Positions 19,468 to 29,893 of a DNA stretch of 64,000 bases are shown piece by piece. The DNA lies in assembly GCA_963813025.1 (NCBI GenBank), contig CAWEXO010000011.1:224001-288000 (forward strand), in the 5' to 3' direction. Made by a program: the position numbers and the translations under genes. The DNA is from an uncultured Verrucomicrobiae bacterium. Lineage in GTDB: Bacteria > Verrucomicrobiota > Verrucomicrobiia > Chthoniobacterales > JAFAMB01. Within the stretch, counting starts at the first letter, position 1; every line of letters starts with the position of its first letter. The notes beneath the pieces are model-generated. The model worked only from the letters and a program-made list of their open reading frames with translations, was not told the origin of the DNA and did not search any database.

Positions 19468-20163
19468 ATGTTAGAAACCAAAGCGCTGAACCAGTATTAC
19501 GGCGGCAGCCACATTCTCCGGGACGTGAATCTTGAGCTTGCTCCGCGTGAACTCACCGTCTTGCTTGGCCGAAACGGGGTTGGCAAAACCACGCTTCTTC
19601 GCTGCTTGATCGGCCTGCTCCCGATACGATCGGGATCGATCGTGTGGGACGGAAAGCACCTCGAGAAACTGCCCCCTTACGAACGCGCGGCGCGCGGCAT
19701 CGGCTATGTACCCCAAGGTCGCGAAGTCTTTCCCAGACTGACCGTTGAAGAGAATCTTCTGGTAGGCGCAGCCGCCAAGCGTGGGCAAACCGAATCGCTT
19801 TTCGAACGGGTGTATGGATGGTTTCCGGTCCTTCGCACCATGAAGCTGCGGCGCGGCGGCGATCTTTCCGGCGGCCAGCAACAAATGCTGGCGATTGGCC
19901 GAGCGCTGATGAACGAGCCGAAGTGTCTCATGCTGGACGAACCGACCGAAGGCATTCAGCCTTCGATCATCCAGGACCTGGCGGTCACGCTTCGCCGTCT
20001 GGTCGCCGAGGCCGGGATCACGGTGCTGTTGATCGAACAGTATTATGACTTTGCCCGTTCTCTGGCAGACCACTATCTGGTGATGGACCGCGGCGAAATT
20101 GTCGCTAACGGCAAAGGCGTCGATATGGAGAAAGATGGTGTGCGGTCGATGATTGCGGTCTGA
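19468..20163 (+). CDS. urtE: Urea ABC transporter ATPase
   Basis: YYGGSHILR, GRNGVGKTT, LSGGQQQ, LDEPTEGIQPSII. Confidence 0.93.
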   Translation: MLETKALNQYYGGSHILRDVNLELAPRELTVLLGRNGVGKTTLLRCLIGLLPIRSGSIVWDGKHLEKLPPYERAARGIGYVPQGREVFPRLTVEENLLVGAAAKRGQTESLFERVYGWFPVLRTMKLRRGGDLSGGQQQMLAIGRALMNEPKCLMLDEPTEGIQPSIIQDLAVTLRRLVAEAGITVLLIEQYYDFARSLADHYLVMDRGEIVANGKGVDMEKDGVRSMIAV

Positions 20164-20249
20164 GGTCTTGCGTGAGATAGCCCTAGTCTGTTCGTCCGAT
20201 GTCACCGCTGCCGAGGTCAGAAATGCAGATCCCGCCCATTCAAAGCCAT

Positions 20250-20272
20250 GAGAAGCTGGAAGCTTATCCTAC
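20250..20272. repeat. REP-like half element, family B
   Basis: GAGAAGCTGGAAGCTTATCCTAC. Confidence 0.55.
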
Positions 20273-20363
20273 CGTGCAGGCCGCCTTGAAACGTGACTTC
20301 GGCTGTCTTGTGGAAGGGCAAAAATTTAGAGACTGTCTCACAACCTGGCCTTGGCCGTGTGCT

Positions 20364-20488
20364 GGTAGGGCGAGAATTTATCTGAGCCTTCGGCGAAGAC
20401 TCGTTCGAGCCGGGCACTGGAGTTGCCACTCCCCAAAGACGGCTCAAACAAGTTCTCGCCTGGCGCTCGAATGAATTTTCGCCCTACC
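20364..20488. mobile_element. REPIN/MITE-like element, family A, copy 1
   Basis: Terminal inverted repeats GGTAGGGCGAGAATTTAT...ATGAATTTTCGCCCTACC. A near-identical inverted copy lies at 32878-33000 and an extra half-site near 20526-20539. Confidence 0.85.
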
Positions 20489-20654
20489 GGCCGTGGCCAG
20501 CGCGATGTCGGGCGACAAACTTTGGATTCTCGCCCTACCAAGTTCTACCAAGTTCTCATGGCGATCTTGCGCAGAAGAGTTCCGCACGATTCTGCACAAG
20601 CACGGTATTGCTTTCGATGAACGCGCTGACTGGGATTAGAGCACCGAAATCTTA

Positions 20655-20737
20655 CGCCTCTTTCAGGGCGATATGTGGGGAACGGTTTTTCTCGGGGTTA
20701 AAAACCCGCGGGCTGAGTCCTGATGTCCCTTCGGGAC
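20655..20737. repeat. Three-hairpin REP-like element, family C
   Basis: CGCCTCTTTCAGGGCG, CTCGGGGTTAAAAACCCGCGGGCT and GTCCCTTCGGGAC. Confidence 0.5.
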
Positions 20738-20816
20738 GAGAGCTAAAGTCCGACAGATCCTCCCCCGGGCTCGTGTCGGACTTTGGATTTAGTATTCCGC
20801 AGGAGGTGGCCTAACG

Positions 20817-21692
20817 ATGTATGCGCCGTGCCTGCCGGCAACCTGCGCTGACAAGCTGGAAGCTTATGCATCTGGGTGGAAAGCCACGCTCGGCGCCCGT
20901 TTCGAATTCGTCGCAAACTGCACCCGCATCACCGACCGGAAACATTGCGGTCCGCTTCAAATTCAGAAGGCGCTTTACCCCGAGGGTCCCTCAATTTGTC
21001 ACGCAACAATTCTGCATCCGCCCGGCGGCCTGGCGGAAGGCGACGATCTTGCATTGGACTTTCAGGTGGGCCCGTCCGCCCAGGTTGTTCTAAGCACCCC
21101 TGCCGCCACGAAATGGTACAAGGCGCCAAACGGCTGGAGCAGACAGCGGGTATCCTTGCAAGCCCGCCGCAAAGCCCGGCTCGAATGGTTGCCCCAGGAG
21201 AATATCCTCTTCGATCAAAGCCATCCGCGGATGGATCTCCAGATCACTGTCGGCGACGATGCCTGCGCCCTGGGTTGGGATATGTTTAGTCTCGGGAGGA
21301 GAGCGGCCGGCGAATCCTGGCACAAGGGATCGCTTGAAATGAAAAGCGAAATTGTGCGCGAAGATGGTGACCTGCTCTGGGCTGAACAGGCTGTGCTGCC
21401 CGCTGATTCGGACGTGCTCAATGCTGACCACATCCTGGCCGGATTTCCCGTTTTCGGGACACTCTGGGCATATGGTCCGAACTGCACACCCGCTCTCGCT
21501 CAGGGGGTGACCTGTCCCTGGAGTGATCAGATCCGGTCAGGCGCAACCTGTCTTCCCGGAAATGTGTTGTTAATCAGAGCGGTGTCGCGTCAAATGGAGA
21601 CGTTGCGTATCGCGATGACAAACTGGAGAGCAGATCTTCGACCCATCATTCTCGGGGTGCTGCCTGCTCCTTTGCGCCTCTGGTCCACCTGA
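20817..21692 (+). CDS. ureD: Urease accessory protein UreD
   Basis: GPLQIQKALYPEG, LHPPGGLAEGD, TPAATKWYK, LEWLPQENILF. AGGAGG RBS upstream. Confidence 0.92.
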   Translation: MYAPCLPATCADKLEAYASGWKATLGARFEFVANCTRITDRKHCGPLQIQKALYPEGPSICHATILHPPGGLAEGDDLALDFQVGPSAQVVLSTPAATKWYKAPNGWSRQRVSLQARRKARLEWLPQENILFDQSHPRMDLQITVGDDACALGWDMFSLGRRAAGESWHKGSLEMKSEIVREDGDLLWAEQAVLPADSDVLNADHILAGFPVFGTLWAYGPNCTPALAQGVTCPWSDQIRSGATCLPGNVLLIRAVSRQMETLRIAMTNWRADLRPIILGVLPAPLRLWST

Positions 21693-21710
21693 AATGAGAA
21701 CTCTGCCGCT

Positions 21711-22013
21711 ATGAACTTAACCCCGCGTGAACAGGACAAACTGCTTCTTTTTACGGCTGGACTGGTCGCGGAAAGACGTCTCGCTCGCGGACTAAAGCTG
21801 AATCATCCCGAGGCCGTGGCTTTTCTGAGCGCGGCACTGTTGGAAGCTGCCCGGGATGGACGGACAGTGGCTGAACTGATGCATCTGGGTACGAAAATTC
21901 TCCGGCGAGACCAGGTCATGACCGGGGTGCCCGAAATGATTCCGGAGATCCAGATTGAAGCGACTTTTCCCGACGGTACGAAGCTGGTGACCGTTCATCA
22001 TCCAATTCCATAA
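21711..22013 (+). CDS. ureA: Urease gamma subunit
   Basis: [12 protein letters not shown]...[17 protein letters not shown]. Confidence 0.97.
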   Translation: MNLTPREQDKLLLFTAGLVAERRLARGLKLNHPEAVAFLSAALLEAARDGRTVAELMHLGTKILRRDQVMTGVPEMIPEIQIEATFPDGTKLVTVHHPIP

Positions 22014-22019
22014 ACGCAT

Positions 22020-22325
22020 ATGATCCCAGGCGAAATCATTCCGCAACCCGGCGACATCGAGTTCAATGCAGGCCGCTCAACCGTCACGATTCAAGTAGCG
22101 AACACCGGCGACCGGCCAATCCAGGTTGGTTCCCATTTCCACTTTTTCGAAGTCAACGACGCGCTGTGCTTCGATCGCGAGAAAGCGCGAGGATACCGGC
22201 TGAACATTGTGTCCGGCACCGCGGTTCGTTTCGAGCCAGGACAGGAGCGCACGGTTGAGCTGATCGAACTGGCCGGCGATCGAGTGGTCTTCGGCTTCAA
22301 CGCTCGCGTGATGGGAAAACTCTAA
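22020..22325 (+). CDS. ureB: Urease beta subunit
   Basis: [33 protein letters not shown]. Confidence 0.97.
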   Translation: MIPGEIIPQPGDIEFNAGRSTVTIQVANTGDRPIQVGSHFHFFEVNDALCFDREKARGYRLNIVSGTAVRFEPGQERTVELIELAGDRVVFGFNARVMGKL

Positions 22326-22342
22326 AAGAATTTTTGCCGATC

Positions 22343-24044
22343 ATGAAAATGACGCGAAGCGCTTATGCCGAGATATTTGGTCCCACGACGGGCGATCGCA
22401 TTCGTCTGGCGGACACCGATCTTTTTGTCCAGATCGAACACGATTCCACGGTTTACGGCGAGGAAGTGAAATTTGGGGGCGGCAAGGTGATCCGCGACGG
22501 GATGGGCCAGTCTCAACGGACCAGCCGCGAGTCAGCGGATACAGTCATCACCAACGCGGTCATCCTGGACCATTGGGGCGTGGTCAAGGCTGACATCGGG
22601 ATCAAGAACGGCCGCATTTCGAGGATTGGCAAAGCCGGTAACCCGGATATTCAGCCCGGCATAACGATCGTGATCGGACCAGGGACCGAGATCATCGCGG
22701 GCGAAGGGATGATCGCGACCGCCGGCGGGATCGACACGCACATCCATTTCATCTGCCCGCAACAAATTGAGGAAGCGATTGCTTCGGGTATTACCACCAT
22801 GATCGGCGGCGGGACCGGTCCGGCGGCCGGAACTTGCGCCACCACCTGTACTCCCGGTCCGTGGCATATCGAACGCATGCTCCAGGCCGCCGAAGGTTAT
22901 CCCATGAACTTGGGATTTCTTGGCAAGGGCAATGCCAGCCGGCCGGAACCGCTCCGTGAACAGATTGCTGCGGGGGCGATCGGTTTGAAGCTGCACGAGG
23001 ACTGGGGAACGACTCCCGCCGCGATCGATACCTGTCTCGGAGTTGCCGACGATACTGACACGCAGGTCGCGATTCACACCGATACGCTGAATGAGTCTGG
23101 ATTTGTGGAGACGAGCGTCGCTGCGTTCAAAGGTCGGACCATTCACACTTATCATACCGAAGGGGCCGGCGGCGGCCACGCTCCGGATATTATCAAGGTG
23201 TGCGGCGAACCGAATGTGCTGCCGTCGTCGACCAATCCCACCCGGCCATTCACGGTCAACACGTTGGATGAGCATCTCGATATGCTGATGGTCTGCCATC
23301 ACCTTGATCCCGCGATCGCCGGAAGATCTGGCGTTTGCCGAATCAAGGATCCGGCGGGAAACGATCGCCGCGGAAGATATCCTCCATGACCTTGGCGCGC
23401 TCTCGATGATCTCGAGCGATTCTCAGGCGATGGGCCGGGTTGGCGAGGTCATCCTCCGAACCTGGCAAACGGCCCATAAGATGAAGACACAGCGAGGACG
23501 GCTTCCGGACGATACGGCTGACCACGATAACTTTCGGGTAAAACGTTATGTCGCCAAATACACGATCAATCCGGCTTTGACCCACGGCATTGCTCATGAA
23601 GTCGGTTCGATTGAGACCGGCAAGTGGGCCGATCTGGTTCTGTGGCAGCCCGCCTTCTTTGGCATAAAACCCAGCCTGATTTTAAAAGGCGGCATGATTT
23701 CCGTGGCGCTGATGGGCGATCCGAACGCCTCGATCCCTACCCCGCAACCTGTCCGGTACCGCAACATGTTCGGGTGCAGCGGAGAAGCGCTGGCCCGTAC
23801 TTGCTTTACGTTTGTTTCGAGAGAGGCCGCGGAAAACAAAGTTGCGGAATGTTACGGACTCCGCAAACAAATCGCAGCGGTGAAAGATGTCCGGAAGTTG
23901 CGAAAATCGGACCTGATCCACAACGGTTTGACTCCGCGGATCACGGTGGATCCAGAAACGTATCAGGTGATCGCTGACGGCGAAACGCTCCTCTGCGAAC
24001 CGGCGGAGGTGCTACCGATGGCTCAGCGCTATTTTCTTTTCTAA
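22343..24044 (+). CDS. ureC: Urease alpha subunit (extra G near 23321 splits the ORF)
   Basis: [51 protein letters not shown], then in a shifted frame [20 protein letters not shown] and [10 protein letters not shown]. Confidence 0.96.
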
Positions 24045-24051
24045 GAAGACG

Positions 24052-24567
24052 ATGACGATGGTTCGGATCGAGAAAATCCTGACCGAAACAACCGGGACCC
24101 TGCCGCCGGCCAAAATGGAGATGCTGCGCTTGCCCTTCGACCTCCGCCAGAAAAGTCGGCAGCAGGCCCAGTTCGATTCCGGAGAAACCGTGCAATTGTT
24201 TCTCCCGCACGGCACCCGGCTGAAGGACGGCGATCTCCTGGAGACAACCGATGGAAGAGTCGCGGTCGTCAAGGCTACGCCGGAAAGAGTACTGGTCGTC
24301 ACCGCGGACTCGACGATCGGGCTTGCCCGCCTGGCTTATCACTTGGGGAACAGACATACACCTGTCGAACTCGGAGAAGGTTATCTCCGGCTCGAGTACG
24401 ATTCGGTGCTGGAAGAAATGCTGCGCGGTTTGGGTGGCAAGGTGGAGGAACGGTCGGAGCCGTTTGAGCCTGAACAAGGCGCCTACGGCGGCGGTCATCA
24501 GCACGATATTGATGAGAAGGGGAAGCGCGAGCGTGCCCAGGAAGTTTTTCACGGGCGTGACTCTTGA
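24052..24567 (+). CDS. ureE: Urease accessory protein UreE
   Basis: RQKSR, LARLAYHLGNRH, FEPEQGAYGGGH. Confidence 0.93.
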   Translation: MTMVRIEKILTETTGTLPPAKMEMLRLPFDLRQKSRQQAQFDSGETVQLFLPHGTRLKDGDLLETTDGRVAVVKATPERVLVVTADSTIGLARLAYHLGNRHTPVELGEGYLRLEYDSVLEEMLRGLGGKVEERSEPFEPEQGAYGGGHQHDIDEKGKRERAQEVFHGRDS

Positions 24568-24706
24568 GCGGCTTGAGCGGCTTGAGCGGCTTGAGCGGCT
24601 TGAGCGACTTGAGCGACTGACACTAGCACTGACACTGGCACTCTTTGAACTCCTGCAACTCCCGAACTCCTCCAACTCCTGACTCCCGACTCCTGAGTCC
24701 CGACTC
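24563..24706. repeat. Compound tandem-repeat tract at the ureE/ureF junction
   Basis: (CTTGAGCGG/A)x6 at 24563-24616, (CTGACACTRGCA)x2 at 24617-24640, then about 8 ACTCC-core units to 24706. Confidence 0.9.
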
Positions 24707-25385
24707 CTTCCGGATAGAAGCGTTGGCCAAGATTCTTCAACTGGCCTCGCCGGCGCTACCTTTGGGCAGCTTCAGCTATTCTCACGGATTAGAGACGGCG
24801 ATTGAAGCCGGAGTGGTCCGAAACGCCGTAACCACTCGCTCCTGGATTGAATCGGGTCTGCGATGGGTGCTTGGCCGGTGTGAGCTGCCCGTGTATTTTC
24901 ATCAGTTCGCTGCGTGGCAAGCCGGTTGTGCCGCCGATTTGCAAAATCTGAATCGGTGGTTCCTGGCATCCCGGGAAACGAGGGAACTCCGCGAGGAGAC
25001 GGAACAGCTGGGCTGGTCCCTCGCCCGGCTTGCTCTGAGCCTGGATATAAACGACGCGCAGCGCCGAGATATTCTCCAGGCGATCCGGCCAGTCAGTTTC
25101 CCTACCGTTTACGCCTTTGTCGCGCACGGTTTTTTGCTCGATCCAAAAGCCGCAGCGACAGCGTATTGTTTTAGCTGGTTGGAGAACCAGGTCGCAACTG
25201 CGCTGAAAGCGGTGCCGCTTGGTCAAACGGAAGGCCAAAAGATTATCGCGGCGCTGCGACCTTGCTTGGCCGAGGTCATTGCGCAAGGCGAGCTGCGGCT
25301 CGCGGAAATCACGACTTACGCTCCGCACCTGGCGATTCTCAGCGCGCGACATGAAAGCCTCTATACGCGACTATTTCGCTCATGA
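24645..25385 (+). CDS. ureF: Urease accessory protein UreF (start uncertain: TTG 24645 or TTG 24723)
   Basis: [53 protein letters not shown]. Confidence 0.92.
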   Translation: MNSCNSRTPPTPDSRLLSPDSFRIEALAKILQLASPALPLGSFSYSHGLETAIEAGVVRNAVTTRSWIESGLRWVLGRCELPVYFHQFAAWQAGCAADLQNLNRWFLASRETRELREETEQLGWSLARLALSLDINDAQRRDILQAIRPVSFPTVYAFVAHGFLLDPKAAATAYCFSWLENQVATALKAVPLGQTEGQKIIAALRPCLAEVIAQGELRLAEITTYAPHLAILSARHESLYTRLFRS

Positions 25386-26026
25386 GCGACCTGACTAAAA
25401 CCCGTCGTACGAAGCGCAACCCTCCTCTGCGTCTCGGGGTAGGTGGTCCCGTTGGCAGCGGAAAGACGACTTTGATTGAGGTTCTCTGCAAGAACCTCCG
25501 CAGCCGGTACGATTTAGTGGTTATTACCAATGATATTTACACCAAAGAGGATCAACGTTTGTTAACTCAGGCCGGAGCGCTGCCGCCTGAGCGCATCATG
25601 GGCGTGGAAACGGGCGGTTGTCCTCATACTGCCATCCGCGAAGATGCTTCGATCAATCTCGAGGCCGTGGACCAGATGCTCGGCCGCTTTCCGGATGCCG
25701 ACATCATTTTCATCGAATCCGGCGGCGATAATCTGGCGGCGACCTTCAGCCCCGAGCTGTCTGACCTGACGATTTATGTTATCGACGTTGCCGGCGGCGA
25801 AAAAATTCCGCGCAAAGGCGGCCCGGGGATTACCAAATCGGATCTGCTGGTAATTAACAAAATCGACTTGGCACCTCACGTTGGCGCTTCGCTCGAAGTC
25901 ATGCGAGCCGATGCCGAAAAGATGCGCGGCACTCGTCCTTTTGTGATGTCCGATCTGAAGAAGGGCGAAGGGCTGCCTCTGATAGTCAAGTTCATCGAAG
26001 AACACGGTATGCTGGGAGCGGAGTGA
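25382..26026 (+). CDS. ureG: Urease accessory GTPase UreG
   Basis: [39 protein letters not shown]. Confidence 0.97.
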   Translation: MSDLTKTRRTKRNPPLRLGVGGPVGSGKTTLIEVLCKNLRSRYDLVVITNDIYTKEDQRLLTQAGALPPERIMGVETGGCPHTAIREDASINLEAVDQMLGRFPDADIIFIESGGDNLAATFSPELSDLTIYVIDVAGGEKIPRKGGPGITKSDLLVINKIDLAPHVGASLEVMRADAEKMRGTRPFVMSDLKKGEGLPLIVKFIEEHGMLGAE

Positions 26027-26111
26027 AGAGAACGGGCGAATAAGGCGGAAGGGGGATGGCATCGGCTCAGGTGGGATAACCGGCGCGGAACTCTCTCATT
26101 AAAAGGGGCGG

Positions 26112-26244
26112 AAAAGTGGTGTCTGTCGAGGTCGAACCATCCTTGTCACGGGCATCGACCAAGTCCGGATCGGCCGCGGCGAGAGGTCGCACTGTCCAAG
26201 TCACCTGCTCTCATGGCTCTAAGGATGCGGCGCTGCTGATTCAT
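26112..26244 (-). pseudogene. Probable ankyrin-repeat gene remnant
   Basis: ATG 26244 gives MNQQRRILRAMRAGDLDS, and a shifted frame gives LAAADPDLVDARDKDGST, resembling an ankyrin N-terminus that breaks off before PLH. Confidence 0.45.
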
Positions 26245-26454
26245 TTGAGATTCATTCCAGGCCAACGCCTCAGCTGGCTCTATTTTGGAATTCAGTTGCG
26301 GACTCTCTCCTCAGATGAGTTAGCTGTACGAAGCAGCTTGGCTTATACCCCACCAACAACTCAAGCGGACTTCCTTGCTCCCCTTCTGGATCGAGACCGT
26401 TCAGGAATCGTTGGCGATTGCTAAGGAGCACGCGTTTCTCTCTCCCCCAGCAGA

Positions 26455-28047
26455 ATGAATACGACCTCCACCTTCACCGCACTGCGAAATCCGATTTATC
26501 GCAATCTCTGGCTTGCCACCCTGCTGTCGGGGACTTGCGTCGCGGCTCAGGAGACTGCCGCGACCTGGGTGATGAATTCGTTGGGGCGATCCGGGATGTT
26601 TCTTTCTCTGATCTCGACCTTTTCTTCGTTGCCCTTCTTTCTTTTCACCCTGCCGGCGGGCGCTCTGGCCGATATCATTGATCGACGCAAACTCATCTCG
26701 GTCATGAATACCTGGCTTGCCTTGTCCGCCGGGCTTCTGGCGACCTTTGGCTGGTTGAACCTGCTCAATCCCTACCTCATTCTCGGCTGTATTTTCCTGC
26801 TGGGAGTCGGCTTCGCCTTTAATGCTCCAGCTTGGACTTCGGTCATTCCGGAGATTGTTTCAAACGAGGAGCTCCCGTCCGCCGCTGCCCTGGGCGGATT
26901 GCAACTGAACATGTCCGGGATTATCGGGCCGGCGTTAGGTGGGCTGCTCATTCCCCTCGTCGGCGCCAACGGGCTGTTCGCTCTGAACTCCGCAGGTTTC
27001 GTGGTAGTGATTCTTGCGCTCCTGGGATGGCGCCGACAAAGGACCGCCACGCATCTGCCGCTGGAAAGCTTCTTCGAATCCCTCACAGCGGCGATCCGGT
27101 ATCTTCGCTTTACTCCAGGGATCCAGGTTGTAGTCGGGCGCAACGTTCTCTTCGCGTTTTTCATCTCGCTCATCCCCGCTCTCCTGCCGGTGGTGGCTCT
27201 GAAAGGCCTGCATCTGGATGCTTCCGAGCTGGGATTCCTCTTTACCAGCATGGGCATTGGGTCAGTGGGTTGCGCTGTTTTTGTGATCCCGGCGCTACGC
27301 GCCCGTTTCTCGTCCAATCGGATCACGATCATCGCTAACACGCTGGTGATTGTGGTTTACCTGCTGATGGCATTTGTCCAAGATCACGTCGCATTCATTC
27401 TGGTAGCCGCTCTTGCTGGAATCGGATGGACATTATGCGCGGCTGAACTCTGGGTGGCGAGTCAGCGAGCAGCTCCGCCGTGGGCCAGGGGTCGGATGAA
27501 CGCCACAATCATTATGGGGTCGCAAGGAGCGATGGCTCTGGGCGGGATCGTCTGGGGCGGCACCGCGGCCGAAGCGGGTACGGGTCCGGTGTTGCTGGTG
27601 GCTGCGGTTCTCTTAGCGATTAGCCTCTACTTGGCGATCCGATTTTCCATCGATTTCACCAGCGCCCTGGATTTGACGCCCGCCACGGTAACAACGTTCT
27701 CGCATAGGTTGATTGAAATGCCTGAACCGCAAGACGGTCCAGTCCTTGTCACCCGTGAATTTGAAATCGATCGAAAGGGCGGACCTGAATTGGCGGATCT
27801 CGTTCGAAAAATCCGGCTGGTCTACTTACGCAACGGAGCGTTTAGCTGGCATCTGCACGAAGATCTCAGCCGATCGAACGTTTTTCGGATGGAGATGATG
27901 CTGCCTTCGTGGAACGGCTATCTGTTAGCGCGGGAAAGATTTACCAAAGCTGAACACGAGCTGATCAGTGCGCTTGAGGCCCTCCACGTCGGGGGTTCGC
28001 CGGTAGAAGAACGAGTATTTGTATGTGTGAACCGGGAAATGTTGTGA
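26455..28047 (+). CDS. MFS transporter (MFS_3-like) with C-terminal soluble domain
   Basis: LPAGALADIIDRRKL, FNAPAW, about 12 TM helices, C-terminal GPVLVTREF...RNGAFSWHL domain. Confidence 0.9.
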   Translation: MNTTSTFTALRNPIYRNLWLATLLSGTCVAAQETAATWVMNSLGRSGMFLSLISTFSSLPFFLFTLPAGALADIIDRRKLISVMNTWLALSAGLLATFGWLNLLNPYLILGCIFLLGVGFAFNAPAWTSVIPEIVSNEELPSAAALGGLQLNMSGIIGPALGGLLIPLVGANGLFALNSAGFVVVILALLGWRRQRTATHLPLESFFESLTAAIRYLRFTPGIQVVVGRNVLFAFFISLIPALLPVVALKGLHLDASELGFLFTSMGIGSVGCAVFVIPALRARFSSNRITIIANTLVIVVYLLMAFVQDHVAFILVAALAGIGWTLCAAELWVASQRAAPPWARGRMNATIIMGSQGAMALGGIVWGGTAAEAGTGPVLLVAAVLLAISLYLAIRFSIDFTSALDLTPATVTTFSHRLIEMPEPQDGPVLVTREFEIDRKGGPELADLVRKIRLVYLRNGAFSWHLHEDLSRSNVFRMEMMLPSWNGYLLARERFTKAEHELISALEALHVGGSPVEERVFVCVNREML

Positions 28048-28247
28048 GAACGCTCGCCGGTGGTACCCGTGGCAGCAGAGATTCGTTTCGCTTGCACCAA
28101 TCCTGGGCTTCTCTTGTTCGTACTACTTTCTTCTTATGTGATGTTTTCCTGCGAAGATTTCGGAGGAGCCAGACAAGGTTGTTTTCATTTACTGTCTACG
28201 TTGGAATCACGCGCGGCTAGACGGCTATTACGTTTCGCGGAGAGCCT

Positions 28248-28473
28248 TCTTTGCGATTTTTGCGATCTTTTGTTCGACCTCTTCGGTGTTCTCGTTTCCA
28301 GCCGATAATGCTGAAGAGTTTGAACAGAAGCTCCCAAGCAGTGCAAAGAAGAGAAATCGTTGAAAGTCGTCTGCTAGACGCCGTCTCTCTTTTCCCGAGA
28401 GGGCTACAACGACGAGCAGAGCAGGATTTGGTTGCGGCTACGCTGCGCTGTGATCTTCGCGGTCTTCTGTAAA
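28248..28473. repeat. Degenerate palindromic/tandem repeat tract
   Basis: TTGCGATTTTTGCGATCTTTTGTTC, and ACAGAAG (28324) paired with GATCTTCGCGGTCTTCTGT (28452-28470). No convincing ORF. Confidence 0.4.
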
Positions 28474-28539
28474 GAAACGTCTTGTGCAAAGGCGGCAGAT
28501 ACGACGATGCCGTCCGCGCTACGTTCTGGCAGCAAGATG

Positions 28540-29679
28540 CTAAGGTGCCACGCGATCAGCGATCTCGAATTTGCCCTCTTCGATGGCGATTACGAGGACT
28601 GGTTTCGAGGCGTTTCGGTGTTCGTCGATCGTGATCGTGCCGGTGACACCCGCAAAATCTTTCGTGGTAGCCAAGGTATCCCGGATGGCGTTCGACGCTG
28701 GTTTACCGGCCCGCTTGATCGCATCCGCCAGAAGACGCGCCGCATCGTAGCCCAGAGCCGCGAATGTATCGGGAATCGACCCAAATTTCGCCCGATACTC
28801 GTCAACAAAATGGCGGACAATCGGCGACGGGTCGTCGGGCGAAAAGTGGTTGGTAAAATAACAACCGTTCACTGCTTTCCCGCCGACCGAGAGCAGGGTT
28901 TCATTGGCCCAGCCATCGCAGCCCAGTCCCGGGAAGGTCAACCCGATCTGGCGCGCCTGCTTCAAAATGAGGCTTACCTCCGGGTAATATCCCGGGATGT
29001 AAAGAGCGTCCGGGCGGGATGCTTTGATATCGCTGAGCTGCGCTCGAAAATCGGTGTCGCCGCTGCCATAGCTCTGCTCCTTGACGATCTGCCCCCCGAG
29101 CTTGGTGAACTCCTCCTTGAAGAAGCGAGCGAGATCGACACTGTAATCCTGTTTCACATCCGCTAGCGCAGCAATGCGGGTGAGGTGCAGGCGGTCATAC
29201 CCAAACCGCGCGATGACTCGCGCCTGGAGTTTATCAAGAAAACACACACGAAAAATGTAATCGCCAATCTCGGTAATCCGAGGATTGGTGGCGCTCGGGG
29301 TGATCATCGGAACTTTCGCGGCTTGGGCGATCGGCGCAGCCTCGAGGGTAGCGGAAGATGTGGCGTCTCCGAGGATAGCGATCACATGGTCCTCAGTGAT
29401 CAGCTTGCGTACACCGGTCGCGCTCTGACCAGGTTTGGACTGGTTATCTTCGCTGATCAGCTGGATTTCCTGGCCAAGTACTGCTCCAGCGCCGTTTATC
29501 TCCTGGAAAGCCAGAAGAAAGCCTTGATGGCTGGAAATCCCGAATTGCGAAACCGCACCGCTGAGTGGATTAATTTCCCCGATTTCGATCTGGGCTCGCG
29601 CGTTGATGGAACCGAACGCGAGCAGAATGAAAACAGCGGCAAGGATCCGGCTGAGAGGAGGAAGTTCAGGGAAGTTCAA
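28540..29679 (-). CDS. Branched-chain amino acid ABC substrate-binding protein (LivJ/BraC-like), copy 2; start uncertain
   Basis: IGEINPLSG, EDNQSKPG, ITPSATNPRIT, FRVCFLD, DFRAQL, AALGYDAA, GVTGTITID. Confidence 0.9.
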   Translation of the reverse strand: MNFPELPPLSRILAAVFILLAFGSINARAQIEIGEINPLSGAVSQFGISSHQGFLLAFQEINGAGAVLGQEIQLISEDNQSKPGQSATGVRKLITEDHVIAILGDATSSATLEAAPIAQAAKVPMITPSATNPRITEIGDYIFRVCFLDKLQARVIARFGYDRLHLTRIAALADVKQDYSVDLARFFKEEFTKLGGQIVKEQSYGSGDTDFRAQLSDIKASRPDALYIPGYYPEVSLILKQARQIGLTFPGLGCDGWANETLLSVGGKAVNGCYFTNHFSPDDPSPIVRHFVDEYRAKFGSIPDTFAALGYDAARLLADAIKRAGKPASNAIRDTLATTKDFAGVTGTITIDEHRNASKPVLVIAIEEGKFEIADRVAP

Positions 29680-29887
29680 GGAAGTTCAGGGAATTCAGGG
29701 AACTCGGAATTCAGCGCTCAGACAAAGGGAACGCATCGCATACTGCAATCAATTGAGTACCTGGAAGTGCGACCTCCCGAATTCTGATGTTCCGTTTCGC
29801 CGTAGGTTTCTCCTTCGCGGTTATCGATTCTATCAATTCTCGCTTGAATTTCTGAACCAGAACTTAAGCTCGCTTCCCTGAACTTCC
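29660..29887. repeat. Element with tandem GAAGTTCAGG arms and an inverted partner
   Basis: About four copies of a GAAGTTCAGG-like unit from 29661, and the reverse complement TTCCCTGAACTTCC at 29874-29887. Confidence 0.7.
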
Positions 29888-29893
29888 CTAGCC

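Noticed and set aside
20164..20816. Short ORFs between urtE and ureD, and similar peptides at 32779-33060
   Set aside because: The shared peptides are translations of the family-A repeat, not genes.
24563..24706. CRISPR-like array
   Set aside because: The units are 7-12-bp head-to-tail repeats without unique spacers, and no cas genes are present.
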